Shown: positions 21,299 through 32,709, numbered from the whole stretch's first letter. The stretch is DNA of 62,948 nt, filler included, from 16 parts of 16 records of this genome joined end to end with filler, not necessarily neighbours in it, one strand, 5' to 3'. The notes: generated by a model not told the origin, from the sequence alone. Translations and numbers: made by a program.

Positions 21299-21816
21299 NN
21301 NNNNNNNNNNNNNNNNNNNNNNNNNNNNNNNNNNNNNNNNNNTTAATTAATTAANNNNNNNNNNNNNNNNNNNNNNNNNNNNNNNNNNNNNNNNNNNNGA
21401 CCGCATTCTCTATGGGTGACCTACCCTTCTGAGAAGAACTTAAGCTAGTACTCCCTAGCACGTATTTTCTGTCCAACTCTTCTCAATGCTCCCACCCCGC
21501 CTCCTCCCCATAAAAACCCTGACTCTTTCTGCCACCCAATCCTGAACACTTCTTTTCAACGACCGTACTCATAGACCTTTTCTACACCGTTAGTAGAATC
21601 ATCTTGGATGCTGTAAAATTCGTTTACACAAACGCACGGAAGGGTGGCGGACTACGAGGGATCGAACCAATATTTTTATCCCTTGCCAAACAGAGTCAGT
21701 CGTCTATGGAATCAGAAAACCTGGGAAACACTCCCTTCCAAAAAATATATACCAACAAATGCGAGCTAATTGCAATTCAACCCCTGTGGAGGGCCCCAGT
21801 CTTCAGACCCAGCTCT

Positions 21817-24014
21817 CTAGGCTCGCGAAAGTAGTGGCCGAGCGTTGTCACTCGCCTCGGGACTCTTACGGGTGAGAAGACAAATAAGGAGCACCATAAG
21901 AACGACAACAACAACACCCAACATCACAGACAGGACGATTATGACAAGGACGTAATGCGGGAACTGGATTCCATGGTAGGCAACCGTCCAGGTGGCAGGG
22001 GTGCCTGTGACAAACTGATCGGCTGGTGCGGGGAGGATCCCATCGTAGGGGCCCGTCGGTGTCTCCACTGATAGTACCATCGCCATCCCCAGGGCGAGGT
22101 GCCATTCCACGTGACAGTGGAAAAACCACGGACCCACGTTGTTCGCCGTGAACCGGAAAATGGAGTACCCGTACCCGGGAACGCTGAAGGAATCGCCACG
22201 AGCGATGACGGGCACCGATTCGTTGAGGGCCGGGTAAAGTCCGTGTTCGAAAATAGACAAGCGTGCGTCATCGAACAGCGTCTCGTTGCATTCGTCCACT
22301 CCGATAGCGAGCGCCGAACGGTTCAGATAGCCCACACCCACAAAGTCGACAGTATAACCGTGCAAATGCCACGGGTGTTGCTGCAACTCAATGTCCATCA
22401 TGATGACTTCATACACAGCACCAGCCGTGAGGTGCTCAATGTAGGTGAGGAGCGTGTTGTTGTCACGGCCGGGGCGGTCGACAAGCACTTCGTTGAGGTT
22501 GTTTGTCAGCACGGTGGCTTGTAGAATGGGCGTGGCAGGCATCATAAACGTGTTGTTGTTCACCACCCACACCTCGGTCGGCGAGCCATCCAGAACATCG
22601 TATGCGGCGCGGTACGTGACAATCAAGCGGTAGTCGGCTGGCGGCGCCATGCGAGGCACGAGCGGGGCGAGTTGGTACTCGAACAGGATCGTATCGTTGA
22701 AGATCGTCTGGTTCTGCAAATCGTACGGCAAGTTTACCAGCGGCGTGCGACGCGGCGCGGCTTGTGGCTGGTACGTCAGAAGGGCGTAGCTGTAAATCGG
22801 TGGGTCCGGCATAGTGGCTCCCGCGGGGATGTACGCGGAGGTCATGCTGACGATCATCATGTAGCTGTACTCGCGATCCTGGTCGCATTCGAGGATGGCG
22901 TCCAGGCGCTGGCCAACGGGGATCGTCACGTAGGTGTGCAGCGACGGCACCACCTCCTCACCGTCTCGTGCCACAATCAGAAGTGGGTGCCGATCCACCC
23001 AGAATCGCAGGGCGATGTTGCTGGCGCCGTTGATAAGGCGCAGGCGAATGCGGGCACCGGTGCACCGGAATTCGTCAACGGGATTAGCAGACGCGTTGCA
23101 GGACCCGAAGAAGGGAGGGCGCGACGGAATGCGCTGGGGCCGGGGGTTCCCACAGCCGTACACACCTCGGTCCAAGAAACTGCAGTCCTCTGTGAAGCTA
23201 CAATTGGATTGTCCGCGCCCGTTCAGGAGGACCCCCAGCGTCGGCCACGGATCTAGAACAGTGGACGATACAGGGTCATCACCTCGTGAAAGTCAGAACA
23301 GAGCGACAAAGGCGAGGGAAACAACATCAATATATCTGACCCCGTGCACGTACATCGAGGCTTGTACTGCGAAAAGGCACCGAAGGGCCCTCGGTACTCC
23401 AGAAGCAAAGTTTCCACCGTCTCGTGAAACCAGTCTTGCAAAATGATCGGATAGTCGTCCTGATAGGGATAACTTGCCAGCACTGGATCAAGGCTCGCGT
23501 TCTTGTAGTTGAGGACGATCGCACCTAGCATACCGTCACCGTACTGTGTTGGAATCTGGGTCAGAACACGAATCTGTGGGGATCGCAGCGAGCAGCGTAC
23601 CTGCACCCCTGTGTGAGAGTGATACCAGAATGTGCCTGTTTGTTCCACCGCGAACCGATACGTGAAATTCTGGCCCGGCGGAATGCCGCTCTCAGTCACA
23701 CCGACGACCCCGTCCATCCACGGGTTACCGACCATGTGTAATCCGTGAAAGTGTACGGAGGTCCGCTCGTCGTCAAACCCGTTCACCACGGTCACCTCGA
23801 GCACATCTCCGTAGGCGGCGCGGATGGTCGGACCGGGGAATGGACGATTGGGCAAAGGTCCGAGGCTGCTATTATAAACCGCAATGACTGGTCGCGGATA
23901 CCCATCCGGGTTTCCCGGAATGTGCGAAACAGTGAATGAGTAGCGCACAGTTGCGGCATGCACCAGGCTCAGACACAACAGCCCGCAGACAACAAGCAAA
24001 ACTCTTGAGCACAT
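21817..24014 (-). CDS. eukaryotic multicopper oxidase with signal peptide and C-terminal TM anchor (Fet3-like topology)
   Basis: All four Cu motifs present: HFHG, WYHSH, HPWHLHG, HCHVEWHLALGM. Introns 23600-23544 and 23353-23253. Hydrophobic C-terminal helix. Confidence 0.92.
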
Positions 24015-24515
24015 CCGGAACGCGAAGTCGNNNNNNNNNNNNNNNNNNNNNNNNNNNNNNNNNNNNNNNNNNNNTTAATTAATTAANNNNNNNNNNNNNN
24101 NNNNNNNNNNNNNNNNNNNNNNNNNNNNNNACAAAAAGTTGTGTCGAGTACCGTCGTCGTACACGGCCGCAGCAGGATCATACTTTTCTTTTTCGACGTT
24201 TTAGACATTGTTGGTACCAATATGGATGAACATACACGCGAAATATCGATTTGCCTCGTGAAAATTCATCGTCATCATCATCCATCATCATCACGATATG
24301 GACGGTCGACCAGGCGAGCTGGCGAGCATTGCTCTGAACCGTCGTATAGATACTTGATGAGACACCGCCACGTACGGAACAACCGCGCAGCAGTCACAGA
24401 AGACAGTACAGTGTATAGAGCGGAATCAAGTCGGAGGCGTGCTCGGATCTTTTCTCCGTCTTGTTTACGTGTCGCGAAGAACCTTCTCTTTTCTGCTGTG
24501 TGTGCGTGGGTCGCC

Positions 24516-26148
24516 ATGGGTGGGACTTCGTCGCGCGAGTCTCCTCAGAAGCCCGCTCTGTTCGGCAGCCCTTCGGAGTTTTTCGCCCGCTTCAGTCGTC
24601 TCAACATCGAACCCGAGCAAGCGTGCGATACGGCGGAAGGGAGTGAATTGGGGGCATTTTGGGAGCGGGATTGGGTAGTTTCCGCGGTTTCCGATTTTTC
24701 TGCCTGCCAAACAGATTTTGGTGCTTTTGCAATGCTGGATTTGGACAGTCTTCTACACGTTTTTCAATTTTTGAGATCGCGAGATGTTGCCGCTCTTGCC
24801 TCCGTGAACAAATCGTTTATGGTTGCAGCAAATGATCCGTTTCTTTGGCAAATTCTGTACGAGCGCGAAGTTGGAGGAAAACAAATGCCTTGCCTTCCAT
24901 CAGCGGGATTGGATGGGCCTGTGCAGTTTCGCGAGCTATGGAGAGACAAAGTCCTGCTGAAGAAAAGATGGTTTACGCGTGAACCTGAAGTGCGGCATAT
25001 GGAAGCTCATCACGATGGTATGTGGGGATTCAGATTCTTGCGACGGGTACAAATGTTCATGGGTTGGTTTGTGTTTGCATGTTCCGGTCAGGTGAATTCG
25101 TTTCTGTTATGTTGTGTTTTTGACGCGGTCATGGATGCGAACATCGCTCGTGTCCTCGCTCTCGTTGTACTCCTGTTCATGCTGCCTATCATCTGCATGT
25201 GTGTGCGTGTGTCTGTGTCTCACTGTGTGCGTGTATGGTGTGTGTGCAGGCATTGGGTGTATGTACGCACATGGGGACCTCCTTGTGACAGGGGCCAAGG
25301 ACGATACAGTAAAGCTGTGGAGACGGGATGTGTTCCCGTACCGGCCTGTGTGCTCGATTAACAACGTGGGGAAGTGGGTGTGGGGTACGCTGTGTGTGTG
25401 TGTATATGTATGTATGTGTTCCTGTATGTACGCAGTCTGTTTACCATCTTGGTGCGTGTGTATCCCACACGTAGATGGGTGCAGTGGTGCGTGCCTGTCA
25501 AGACTTTATTTGACAAAATTACAGGAATTTCCAACATATGTTCTTCGTACCAGTTGTAACGGAATGGCATTATATTCGTGGCCATGTGTGTGTGTGCGTC
25601 TGTGTGTGATCGTTTGTGTTATGCACTAACCAACCAATCGTGGTGTGTGCCCTACATACAGAGTTCAGTTCGACAACGAAGTGCTTGTTTCTGCATCCCG
25701 GGACCACTCTGTCCGCATTTGGAAGATGAGCTCGCTACTGAGTGCCGAGAATGGGAAGGGGTCGTCTCCTTCGGGTAATCACAAGAACAACGGCCCTAAC
25801 ACTACGAACAGTTGTGCAGCATCAGTGGTGCCGTTTCGGAAACTAAAAGGTTTGTTTTGGGGACGGTGTGGCATGCGCCGGTTTATTTCTGTCGTATCGG
25901 TGCGGTTTCCAAGTTTGTTGTGTGTGTGTGTGTGTCGTGTCAATGTGTATTTCATTGTCATGTTGCGTTGCGTGTTGTTGTGTCTGTGGCACTCTGTTCC
26001 CTGTGCTTACGCGTTGCTTTGTGTGTGCGTGTTGTGTGATGTGCCGTGTATAGGAACGGGTGCTATGACTGCCCTACAGTTTGACACACACAAAATCATC
26101 AGCTCATCCAATGACGGGACCGTGAAGATCTGGACGATCGCAACACCG
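24516..26148 (+). CDS. eukaryotic F-box + WD40 protein exons; 3' end ambiguous
   Basis: GCCATGG start, MGGTSS; F-box LDSLLHVFQFLRSRDVAALASVNKSF...DPFLWQ; three WD exons ending TGAKDDTVKLW, SASRDHSVRIW and SSSNDGTVKIW. Confidence 0.85.
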
Positions 26149-26448
26149 GTACGTTTCTGTATTTATGTGCACGTGTGTGTATGGTGTGTGGCCTTTTGTG
26201 CGGTTGTGGTGTATGTGTGTGTGCTCGTGTGCGTATTTGTGCAGATTTATCTGTATCTTTTTTGATAACTTCATTTGCCCCGATGTACTGTACCACCGTC
26301 CAGTCTATCTGTGTGGATACTCAACTATATGTGTATGCAGTTCATTGTCGCACTGATGCGTCAGGTCGTACAGTTATGAGCTGTGTGCCCAGCACGTATC
26401 GAGTCTCTTTTGCCCTTCCTCCTGGAGACTGACCGTCTGTACAAACAG

Positions 26449-26877
26449 TTCGAAGATCAGTACATAGAGTTGAGCACGCAAATCGACGAACAGGATCCGG
26501 TTCTGTACGGCTTGGGTGGTACGCGCATGGCTGCTGTGATATGTTATCGGTTGCGCTCAACGTATGCATTCATCTTCCCGCGCGGCTTGTGTGCGTGAGA
26601 AATGTGAAAGGGGGAGGTGTTGTGTGTTGCGCGTGGGGATGATCTCCCAACATCTTTACTCCTATTTGTTCCTTTCCTTCCTTCCCCACCCACCCATACC
26701 ATCACTGCGCTCATCCCACGCCTATCTGTGTCTCAGAGCGGATCCGCAGCATGCGACTGAGCACAGAGAACGCCACGTACACACTGTGGAACAAGGACGT
26801 CCCTGATCTGCCCGATACCAACCTGTATGGCTCCCATCCGTTTTATATGTATTTGAGGCAGTCGGGACGCGCACACG
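26449..26877 (+). CDS. GH31 alpha-glucosidase-like exons (N-terminal beta-domain region; partial)
   Basis: Exons 26449-26518 and 26737-26877 splice to FEDQYIELST...LYGLGER...YTLWNKD...NLYGSHPFY, the hallmark GH31 motifs. Confidence 0.85.
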
Positions 26878-27020
26878 GTATGTGAGCGCTGGAATCTGCT
26901 TTTGGTGTCTTGCTGTGGTGNNNNNNNNNNNNNNNNNNNNNNNNNNNNNNNNNNNNNNNNNNNNTTAATTAATTAANNNNNNNNNNNNNNNNNNNNNNNN
27001 NNNNNNNNNNNNNNNNNNNN

Positions 27021-28283
27021 CCGGTGAAAGTCATCCATGACATCAGCGAAATGAACCGCATCGAACCTGGCGACGTGCTGGTTACTGACATGACCGACCC
27101 GGACTGGGAACCGATCATGAAGAAAGCATCTGCCATCGTCACCAACCGTGGCGGTCGTACCTGTCACGCGGCGATCATCGCTCGTGAACTGGGCATTCCG
27201 GCGGTAGTGGGCTGTGGAGATGCAACAGAACGGATGAAAGACGGTGAGAACGTCACTGTTTCTTGTGCCGAAGGTGATACCGGTTACGTCTATGCGGAGT
27301 TGCTGGAATTTAGCGTGAAAAGCTCCAGCGTAGAAACGATGCCGGATCTGCCGTTGAAAGTGATGATGAACGTCGGTAACCCGGACCGTGCTTTCGACTT
27401 CGCCTGCCTACCGAACGAAGGCGTGGGCCTTGCGCGTCTGGAATTTATCATCAACCGTATGATTGGCGTCCACCCACGCGCACTGCTTGAGTTTGACGAT
27501 CAGGAACCGCAGTTGCAAAACGAAATCCGCGAGATGATGAAAGGTTTTGATTCTCCGCGTGAATTTTACGTTGGTCGTCTGACTGAAGGGATCGCGACGC
27601 TGGGTGCCGCGTTTTATCCGAAGCGCGTCATTGTCCGTCTCTCTGATTTTAAATCGAACGAATATGCCAACCTGGTCGGTGGTGAGCGTTACGAGCCAGA
27701 TGAAGAGAACCCGATGCTCGGCTTCCGTGGCGCGGGCCGCTATGTTTCCGACAGCTTCCGCGACTGTTTCGCGCTGGAGTGTGAAGCAGTGAAACGTGTG
27801 CGCAACGACATGGGACTGACCAACGTTGAGATCATGATCCCGTTCGTGCGTACCGTAGATCAGGCGAAAGCGGTGGTTGAAGAACTGGCGCGTCAGGGGC
27901 TGAAACGTGGCGAGAACGGGCTGAAAATCATCATGATGTGTGAAATCCCGTCCAACGCCTTGCTGGCCGAGCAGTTCCTCGAATATTTCGACGGCTTCTC
28001 AATTGGCTCAAACGATATGACGCAGCTGGCGCTCGGTCTGGACCGTGACTCCGGCGTGGTGTCTGAATTGTTCGATGAGCGCAACGATGCGGTGAAAGCA
28101 CTGCTGTCGATGGCTATCCGTGCCGCGAAGAAACAGGGCAAATATGTCGGGATTTGCGGTCAGGGTCCGTCCGACCACGAAGACTTTGCCGCATGGTTGA
28201 TGGAAGAGGGGATCGATAGCCTGTCTCTGAACCCGGACACCGTGGTGCAAACCTGGTTAAGCCTGGCTGAACTGAAGAAATAA
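27021..28283 (+). CDS. ppsA: phosphoenolpyruvate synthase (5' truncated)
   Basis: [13 protein letters not shown] phospho-His motif; [14 protein letters not shown]. Confidence 0.98.
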   Translation, partial: PVKVIHDISEMNRIEPGDVLVTDMTDPDWEPIMKKASAIVTNRGGRTCHAAIIARELGIPAVVGCGDATERMKDGENVTVSCAEGDTGYVYAELLEFSVKSSSVETMPDLPLKVMMNVGNPDRAFDFACLPNEGVGLARLEFIINRMIGVHPRALLEFDDQEPQLQNEIREMMKGFDSPREFYVGRLTEGIATLGAAFYPKRVIVRLSDFKSNEYANLVGGERYEPDEENPMLGFRGAGRYVSDSFRDCFALECEAVKRVRNDMGLTNVEIMIPFVRTVDQAKAVVEELARQGLKRGENGLKIIMMCEIPSNALLAEQFLEYFDGFSIGSNDMTQLALGLDRDSGVVSELFDERNDAVKALLSMAIRAAKKQGKYVGICGQGPSDHEDFAAWLMEEGIDSLSLNPDTVVQTWLSLAELKK

Positions 28284-28287
28284 AATA

Positions 28288-28319
28288 AATCCCCGGCGGC
28301 GTTTAGTCGCCGGGGTTAT
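28288..28319. terminator. hairpin terminator between convergent ppsA and fadK
   Basis: ccccggcggc-gttta-gtcgccgggg stem-loop with A/T-rich flanks. Confidence 0.7.
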
Positions 28320-28339
28320 GTGATCCCCGAAGATGAAAC

Positions 28340-29986
28340 TTATTCAATCTCTTCACAGACATCCTGCGTTAAACGCCGCATAATATCTTTTCTTAACAAA
28401 AACTTTTGTATTTTACCTGAGGTAGTTCGCGGTAGTTTTTCGATTACCACGATATGTTCAGGATATTTATATTTTGCGACCCGTTTACGGCTAAAAAAAG
28501 CCACTACCTCTTCCAGCGATAATGAATGATGCGGCGCTTTCAGCACGACATAAGCGCATGATCGTTCACCTAAACGTTCATCGGACATTGCAACCACACA
28601 GGCATCGTGAATTTTAGGATGCTGCAATAAAATATCTTCCACTTCACGGCTGCTAATATTTTCGCCGCCGCGGACAATAATATCTTTTTTGCGTCCGGTA
28701 ATTTTTATATAGCCAGCCTCATCCATACGGCAGAGATCGCCGCTGTAATACCAGCCTTCTTCATCCAGGGCACGGGCGGTTAATTCAGGTTCATCAAAAT
28801 ACCCCATAAACACATTGGGGCCACGCGAGGCTTCTTCACCTTCGCAACCTGGCGGTAAGGTCTTGCGTGCGTCATCGACCACTTTAATCTCTACACCTGC
28901 GGCAGCGTAACCATCGGTGTGCATAAAGCGCGACAAAGGATCATCGAGATTCACCACCGCATGCGGCGAACTTTCTGTGGAACCATAAACACTTAATAAT
29001 TTAATGCCGCGCTGCTGGCATTCACGCGCCACTTTTTTGGGGATTGTGGTTCCGCCGCAAAGAAAGAAACGCAGCGCTGAAAGGTCCGCGGGTTGTTTCT
29101 CTAGTACATTCAAAAGATCATAGACAAACGGCGTTGCGCCGAGCATACAGGTGCAACGCTGCTGCTCAAGCAGCGCGAGACACGCATCAGGAGTGAAAAT
29201 ATCTAACAACACGCTGCGAGCGCCAATTAAGAATGGTGCCGTTACGCCATGCAGAAAGCCCGTTGCGTGACCAAGTGGCGCAGGCATCATAAAGACATCC
29301 TGCCAGGTCAGATTCAGTCGCGCGCAATAAGCCCGCTCACTGGCGAGAATATTGTTATGCGTTAGCATCACGCCCTTTGGCAGACCCTCGGTTCCGGAGG
29401 TAAACAGCACCGCAGCTAATTCATCGCCGTGGGTCGTTATCGCCGTGGTCAGTGAGGTATTGTCGGCGATAATCTGACTTAATGAGAGGGAAGAGGTGGC
29501 GGGAGCCAGTTTGTCCACGCCGACAATTTGTTGTAGTTGTGGAAGCTGATTTTGCAGCGGCAGGATTAAATCTACCGGACGCGTTTGTTTAAACAACGTC
29601 GGTGCAAAGAACATTTTTGCCTGACACTTATTGAGCACCCACACCAGTTCTGCTTCCCGCCAGGAAGGCAACAGCGGCACGGAAACTGCACCGATTTTCA
29701 GGCAGGCAAGATAGATAACGGTAAATTCACACCAGCCAGGCAGTTGAAATGCGATGCGATCGCCTGATTCAATACCCTTCGCTAACATCCAGTTTGCCAG
29801 ACAGCTCGCGGCGTGATCGAGCGCGCTATAGGTGTACGATGCACCATGATTATCGACCACGGCAATTTTGTCTGGCATCGCACGAGCGGTCTGCTGCCAG
29901 TAATCGGCCAGCGAAGCATCGCCCCATAACCCTTGCTGACGATACGCCGCACGACGTTGTTCGTTAAACGTTAATGTCACTTTCAT
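28340..29986 (-). CDS. fadK: short-chain acyl-CoA synthetase FadK (YdiD)
   Basis: FTSGTEGLPKG and YGSTE AMP-binding motifs; alternative upstream start at 30040. Confidence 0.95.
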   Translation of the reverse strand: MKVTLTFNEQRRAAYRQQGLWGDASLADYWQQTARAMPDKIAVVDNHGASYTYSALDHAASCLANWMLAKGIESGDRIAFQLPGWCEFTVIYLACLKIGAVSVPLLPSWREAELVWVLNKCQAKMFFAPTLFKQTRPVDLILPLQNQLPQLQQIVGVDKLAPATSSLSLSQIIADNTSLTTAITTHGDELAAVLFTSGTEGLPKGVMLTHNNILASERAYCARLNLTWQDVFMMPAPLGHATGFLHGVTAPFLIGARSVLLDIFTPDACLALLEQQRCTCMLGATPFVYDLLNVLEKQPADLSALRFFLCGGTTIPKKVARECQQRGIKLLSVYGSTESSPHAVVNLDDPLSRFMHTDGYAAAGVEIKVVDDARKTLPPGCEGEEASRGPNVFMGYFDEPELTARALDEEGWYYSGDLCRMDEAGYIKITGRKKDIIVRGGENISSREVEDILLQHPKIHDACVVAMSDERLGERSCAYVVLKAPHHSLSLEEVVAFFSRKRVAKYKYPEHIVVIEKLPRTTSGKIQKFLLRKDIMRRLTQDVCEEIE

Positions 29987-30042
29987 GTTGGACTCTCGAA
30001 ACAGAACATCAGGCCCGAGATGCGGGCCTGTGGGATGCATGA

Positions 30043-30336
30043 TTAGCCGTAGCGAAAATCAATACCGAAGGTGCCTGCGGGATATTGCCACTGTTCGAGA
30101 ATAGTGTTACCGCACAGCACCCGACAGGTGCCGCACTCCAGACAACCGGCGGAATCAAAATGAATGTTTCCTGCGTCATCCTGCTTATAAAGTCCGGCAG
30201 GGCAGGCTTTCATTAATTTATGGAATTCATTGATATCGGGATTTTCCGCCAGAATGATATGCGGGTGGCCCTCATCAACATGGAATTTATTGACGCCTAA
30301 TTTGATGTCGACGTTAACCGTAGCGTTCTGGCTCAT
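30043..30336 (-). CDS. ydiT: ferredoxin-like protein YdiT (FixX-like)
   Basis: CPAGLY and CLECGTC motifs. Confidence 0.94.
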   Translation of the reverse strand: MSQNATVNVDIKLGVNKFHVDEGHPHIILAENPDINEFHKLMKACPAGLYKQDDAGNIHFDSAGCLECGTCRVLCGNTILEQWQYPAGTFGIDFRYG

Positions 30337-30988
30337 AGCGCGGTTGCTCCCTTAATGCCATCTTTCAGCAAGTTGATCAGCCCAATTTTCTTCGCATGTC
30401 CCATGATCATTTTTCGTACCGGCTGGTTTGGTTTGCCGTCGATGGTGAACATCTCGTTCATGATGTCGGCTACCATTCGTGGGTATTGGCTAAACAGGCG
30501 CGGGTTTTCCATCAGCGCCGGGATCTTGCGAAAATGCTGCATATCACGCATGACGCAGCTTTGTTCCAGCTCACGTTTGTATTGCGCCAGACTGCTGGCG
30601 GAGAAATCCGCGCGTTCTTTGGCGGCGATCACCGTTGTGGCGGCAGCCTGAGCCGATGCAATGGCTAAATCCATGCCGCGGACCGTAAAACCCAAATTCA
30701 GGCAGAAGCCTGCGGCGTCACCAACGATCATCACGCCCTCGTTAACCAGTTGCGGCACCATTGCCAGACCGCCTTCCGGCACCATATGCGCGGAATATTC
30801 AAGCAGTTTGCCGCCGCTAATCAGCGGGCGAATGGCGGGGTGTTGTTTAAAATCTTCCAGCATTTGCGGCACGCTTTTTTGCGCATGGGCGATATCACCC
30901 AATCCACAAACCAGCCCCAAGGATATGGAATCCTTGTTGGTATAGAGAAATCCCCCGCCCATCAGGCCGTCAGAAGGGGAACCGGCAA
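30333..30988 (-). CDS. ydiS: FixC-like FAD oxidoreductase YdiS (5' truncated)
   Basis: GGGFLYTN, VGDAAG and RGMDLA motifs. Confidence 0.92.
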
Positions 30989-31465
30989 NNNNNNNNNNNN
31001 NNNNNNNNNNNNNNNNNNNNNNNNNNNNNNNNTTAATTAATTAANNNNNNNNNNNNNNNNNNNNNNNNNNNNNNNNNNNNNNNNNNNNAAAGGTTGCGCC
31101 AAGCAACTTGCTCGCACTCACAGCTGGAGCTTGAGGGCGTGTGCCGAAACCCGCAAATCGGTTTTTCTCCTTGTGTGTCTGTTGTGGGCCGAGCTTTGCG
31201 ATACAAAAGATCTCCGCCCGTGACCTAGGGCACATCTTCTCATGTAAAACGAATCCTCCAGCCGTGACCAGAAAGTTGACATGGGTTAGATCGATCTCGA
31301 TTTATCTCGATCGGTGGTGACCACGACATTACCACAAGTAGAAATCCGGGGCCCTGTCAGAGAGGCAGGAGGCTGACTGGGTAGGACTTGAAAACTGTTC
31401 ATATCCTCACTACCGTTCCTTTTTGTGCGTGTGCGTGTGTGTCGTGTTGCGCCGACACTGAGAAC

Positions 31466-32709
31466 ATGATGAATGGGTCAATGTCCGAGATGCTCCGTGT
31501 CCTCAAGCATTTGGGGATGGAAACCATTCCGCAAGTGGTGAAACAAACTCCGGTCGCTTTGCTGCGGGCTGGATCCGGTCCTTCTGTTGTGGATCAGCGC
31601 GGACCCCGCCTAGTCCGCTACGACCGAGACCGACATGGAGCGCGGATTTTGTTGAACGGTGTCTCGCAATACCAGTATGGGCGGTGGGATCTCTACGTGG
31701 AGACAGAAGGCGGCGTCAAGTATGTTTCCCCGCTAGTGAATGCCGAAGTGATTCGCACGTATTGGGAGCAGAGGATGTCACACCGTACGTATAATTTTCC
31801 GTGTGGAAAAGTACAGGATCCTCACTTGAAACACTTTTCCCACTGCATGGTGTGTAGAGATGAGGACGGTGACGCCACTGATGGGTGTTTCAAGTGTGCG
31901 AGCGGATGCAACCGTGACACACCTCAGTGGTCATTTATGGCGTTTGAACCCGGGCTTTGTGCTGCCGCGTGAAGTGGTGCTGGTGCAGAATACTATCAAC
32001 GATGACCCGAACGATTGGCTGTGGACTCCCGCTGATCGAATGCCACTGGATGAATTTCTGAATGTACGTGCCACCATGCAGAAATTGTGATCTGCCACTG
32101 ACGTTCGAATACTAGGCGCTGTTGAGTTGCGAGGTTCTGCAAGAGAACGGCCGCCACGGCTGGCAGTATGAGGGCGTGGCGAAGAATGATGACGGTGTTG
32201 GCCCCATCCGCACGCTAGGGCCACCGCGTGTCGCACGGTATGCGCGGCGAATCGTACACGCAGTCCACCGGTATGCCAGTATTCTCCTCGACTGCATCGA
32301 GCAGGGTGAACCCTCCTTGCTGTACGACGCCAACGATATCGCGCGTATCCTCCGCTTCTTCGATCGCTTTGCTAGCGGTGACGATGCCGCGTACCAGGCT
32401 ATCTGGCTTCGCGAGGCCGCCGAGGTCCCGTCTCCCGTTGTGTCCTCCATCGCAGCCGCTGCGTACCTGACCGCCGCCGCTGCATCCACCGAGTCCAGTG
32501 GTGTGAGTCTGAGCCTGATGGCTGTACCGCTGATGGCTTTGCAGAAGATGGCCATTCCGGTGCGCCCGGAACCGTTCCATTTTGTCAGTGACGCAATGAT
32601 AGACGAAATGCAGCACAACGGTGCTGGGAAAGGCGAGGATGCGGAGACCGATGGCTCGATGGATGCTGCCAAGTACCTACGTGGTCGTGACAGCATGCAA
32701 GTGGCGTGA
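31466..32709 (+). CDS. eukaryotic 3-exon gene (372 aa), tentatively Tse2-like ADP-ribosyltransferase fold plus a helical C-terminal domain
   Basis: Exons 31466-31784, 31858-32063 and 32116-32709 are joined by GTACGT...TAG introns of 73 and 52 nt into one stop-free frame. The family call is by eye from motif spacing only. Confidence 0.6.

Noticed and set aside
21645..21668. tRNA-like 3' end on the minus strand (GGTTCGATCCCTCGTAGTCCGCCA)
   Set aside because: The 5' half of the T-stem (ATTGG) cannot pair fully with CCTCG, and no D-arm or matching acceptor strand is present.
25114..26432. Cys/Val-rich ORFs resembling metallothioneins or membrane proteins
   Set aside because: They are translations of (TG)n-rich introns.
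31970..32053. Four in-frame TGA codons after ORF 31388-31972, suggesting stop-codon reassignment or selenocysteine
   Set aside because: A canonical intron shifts the gene into another, stop-free frame. Other genes end in TAA (MCM9), TAG (oxidase) and TGA (Psf2), and conserved Trp positions use TGG.
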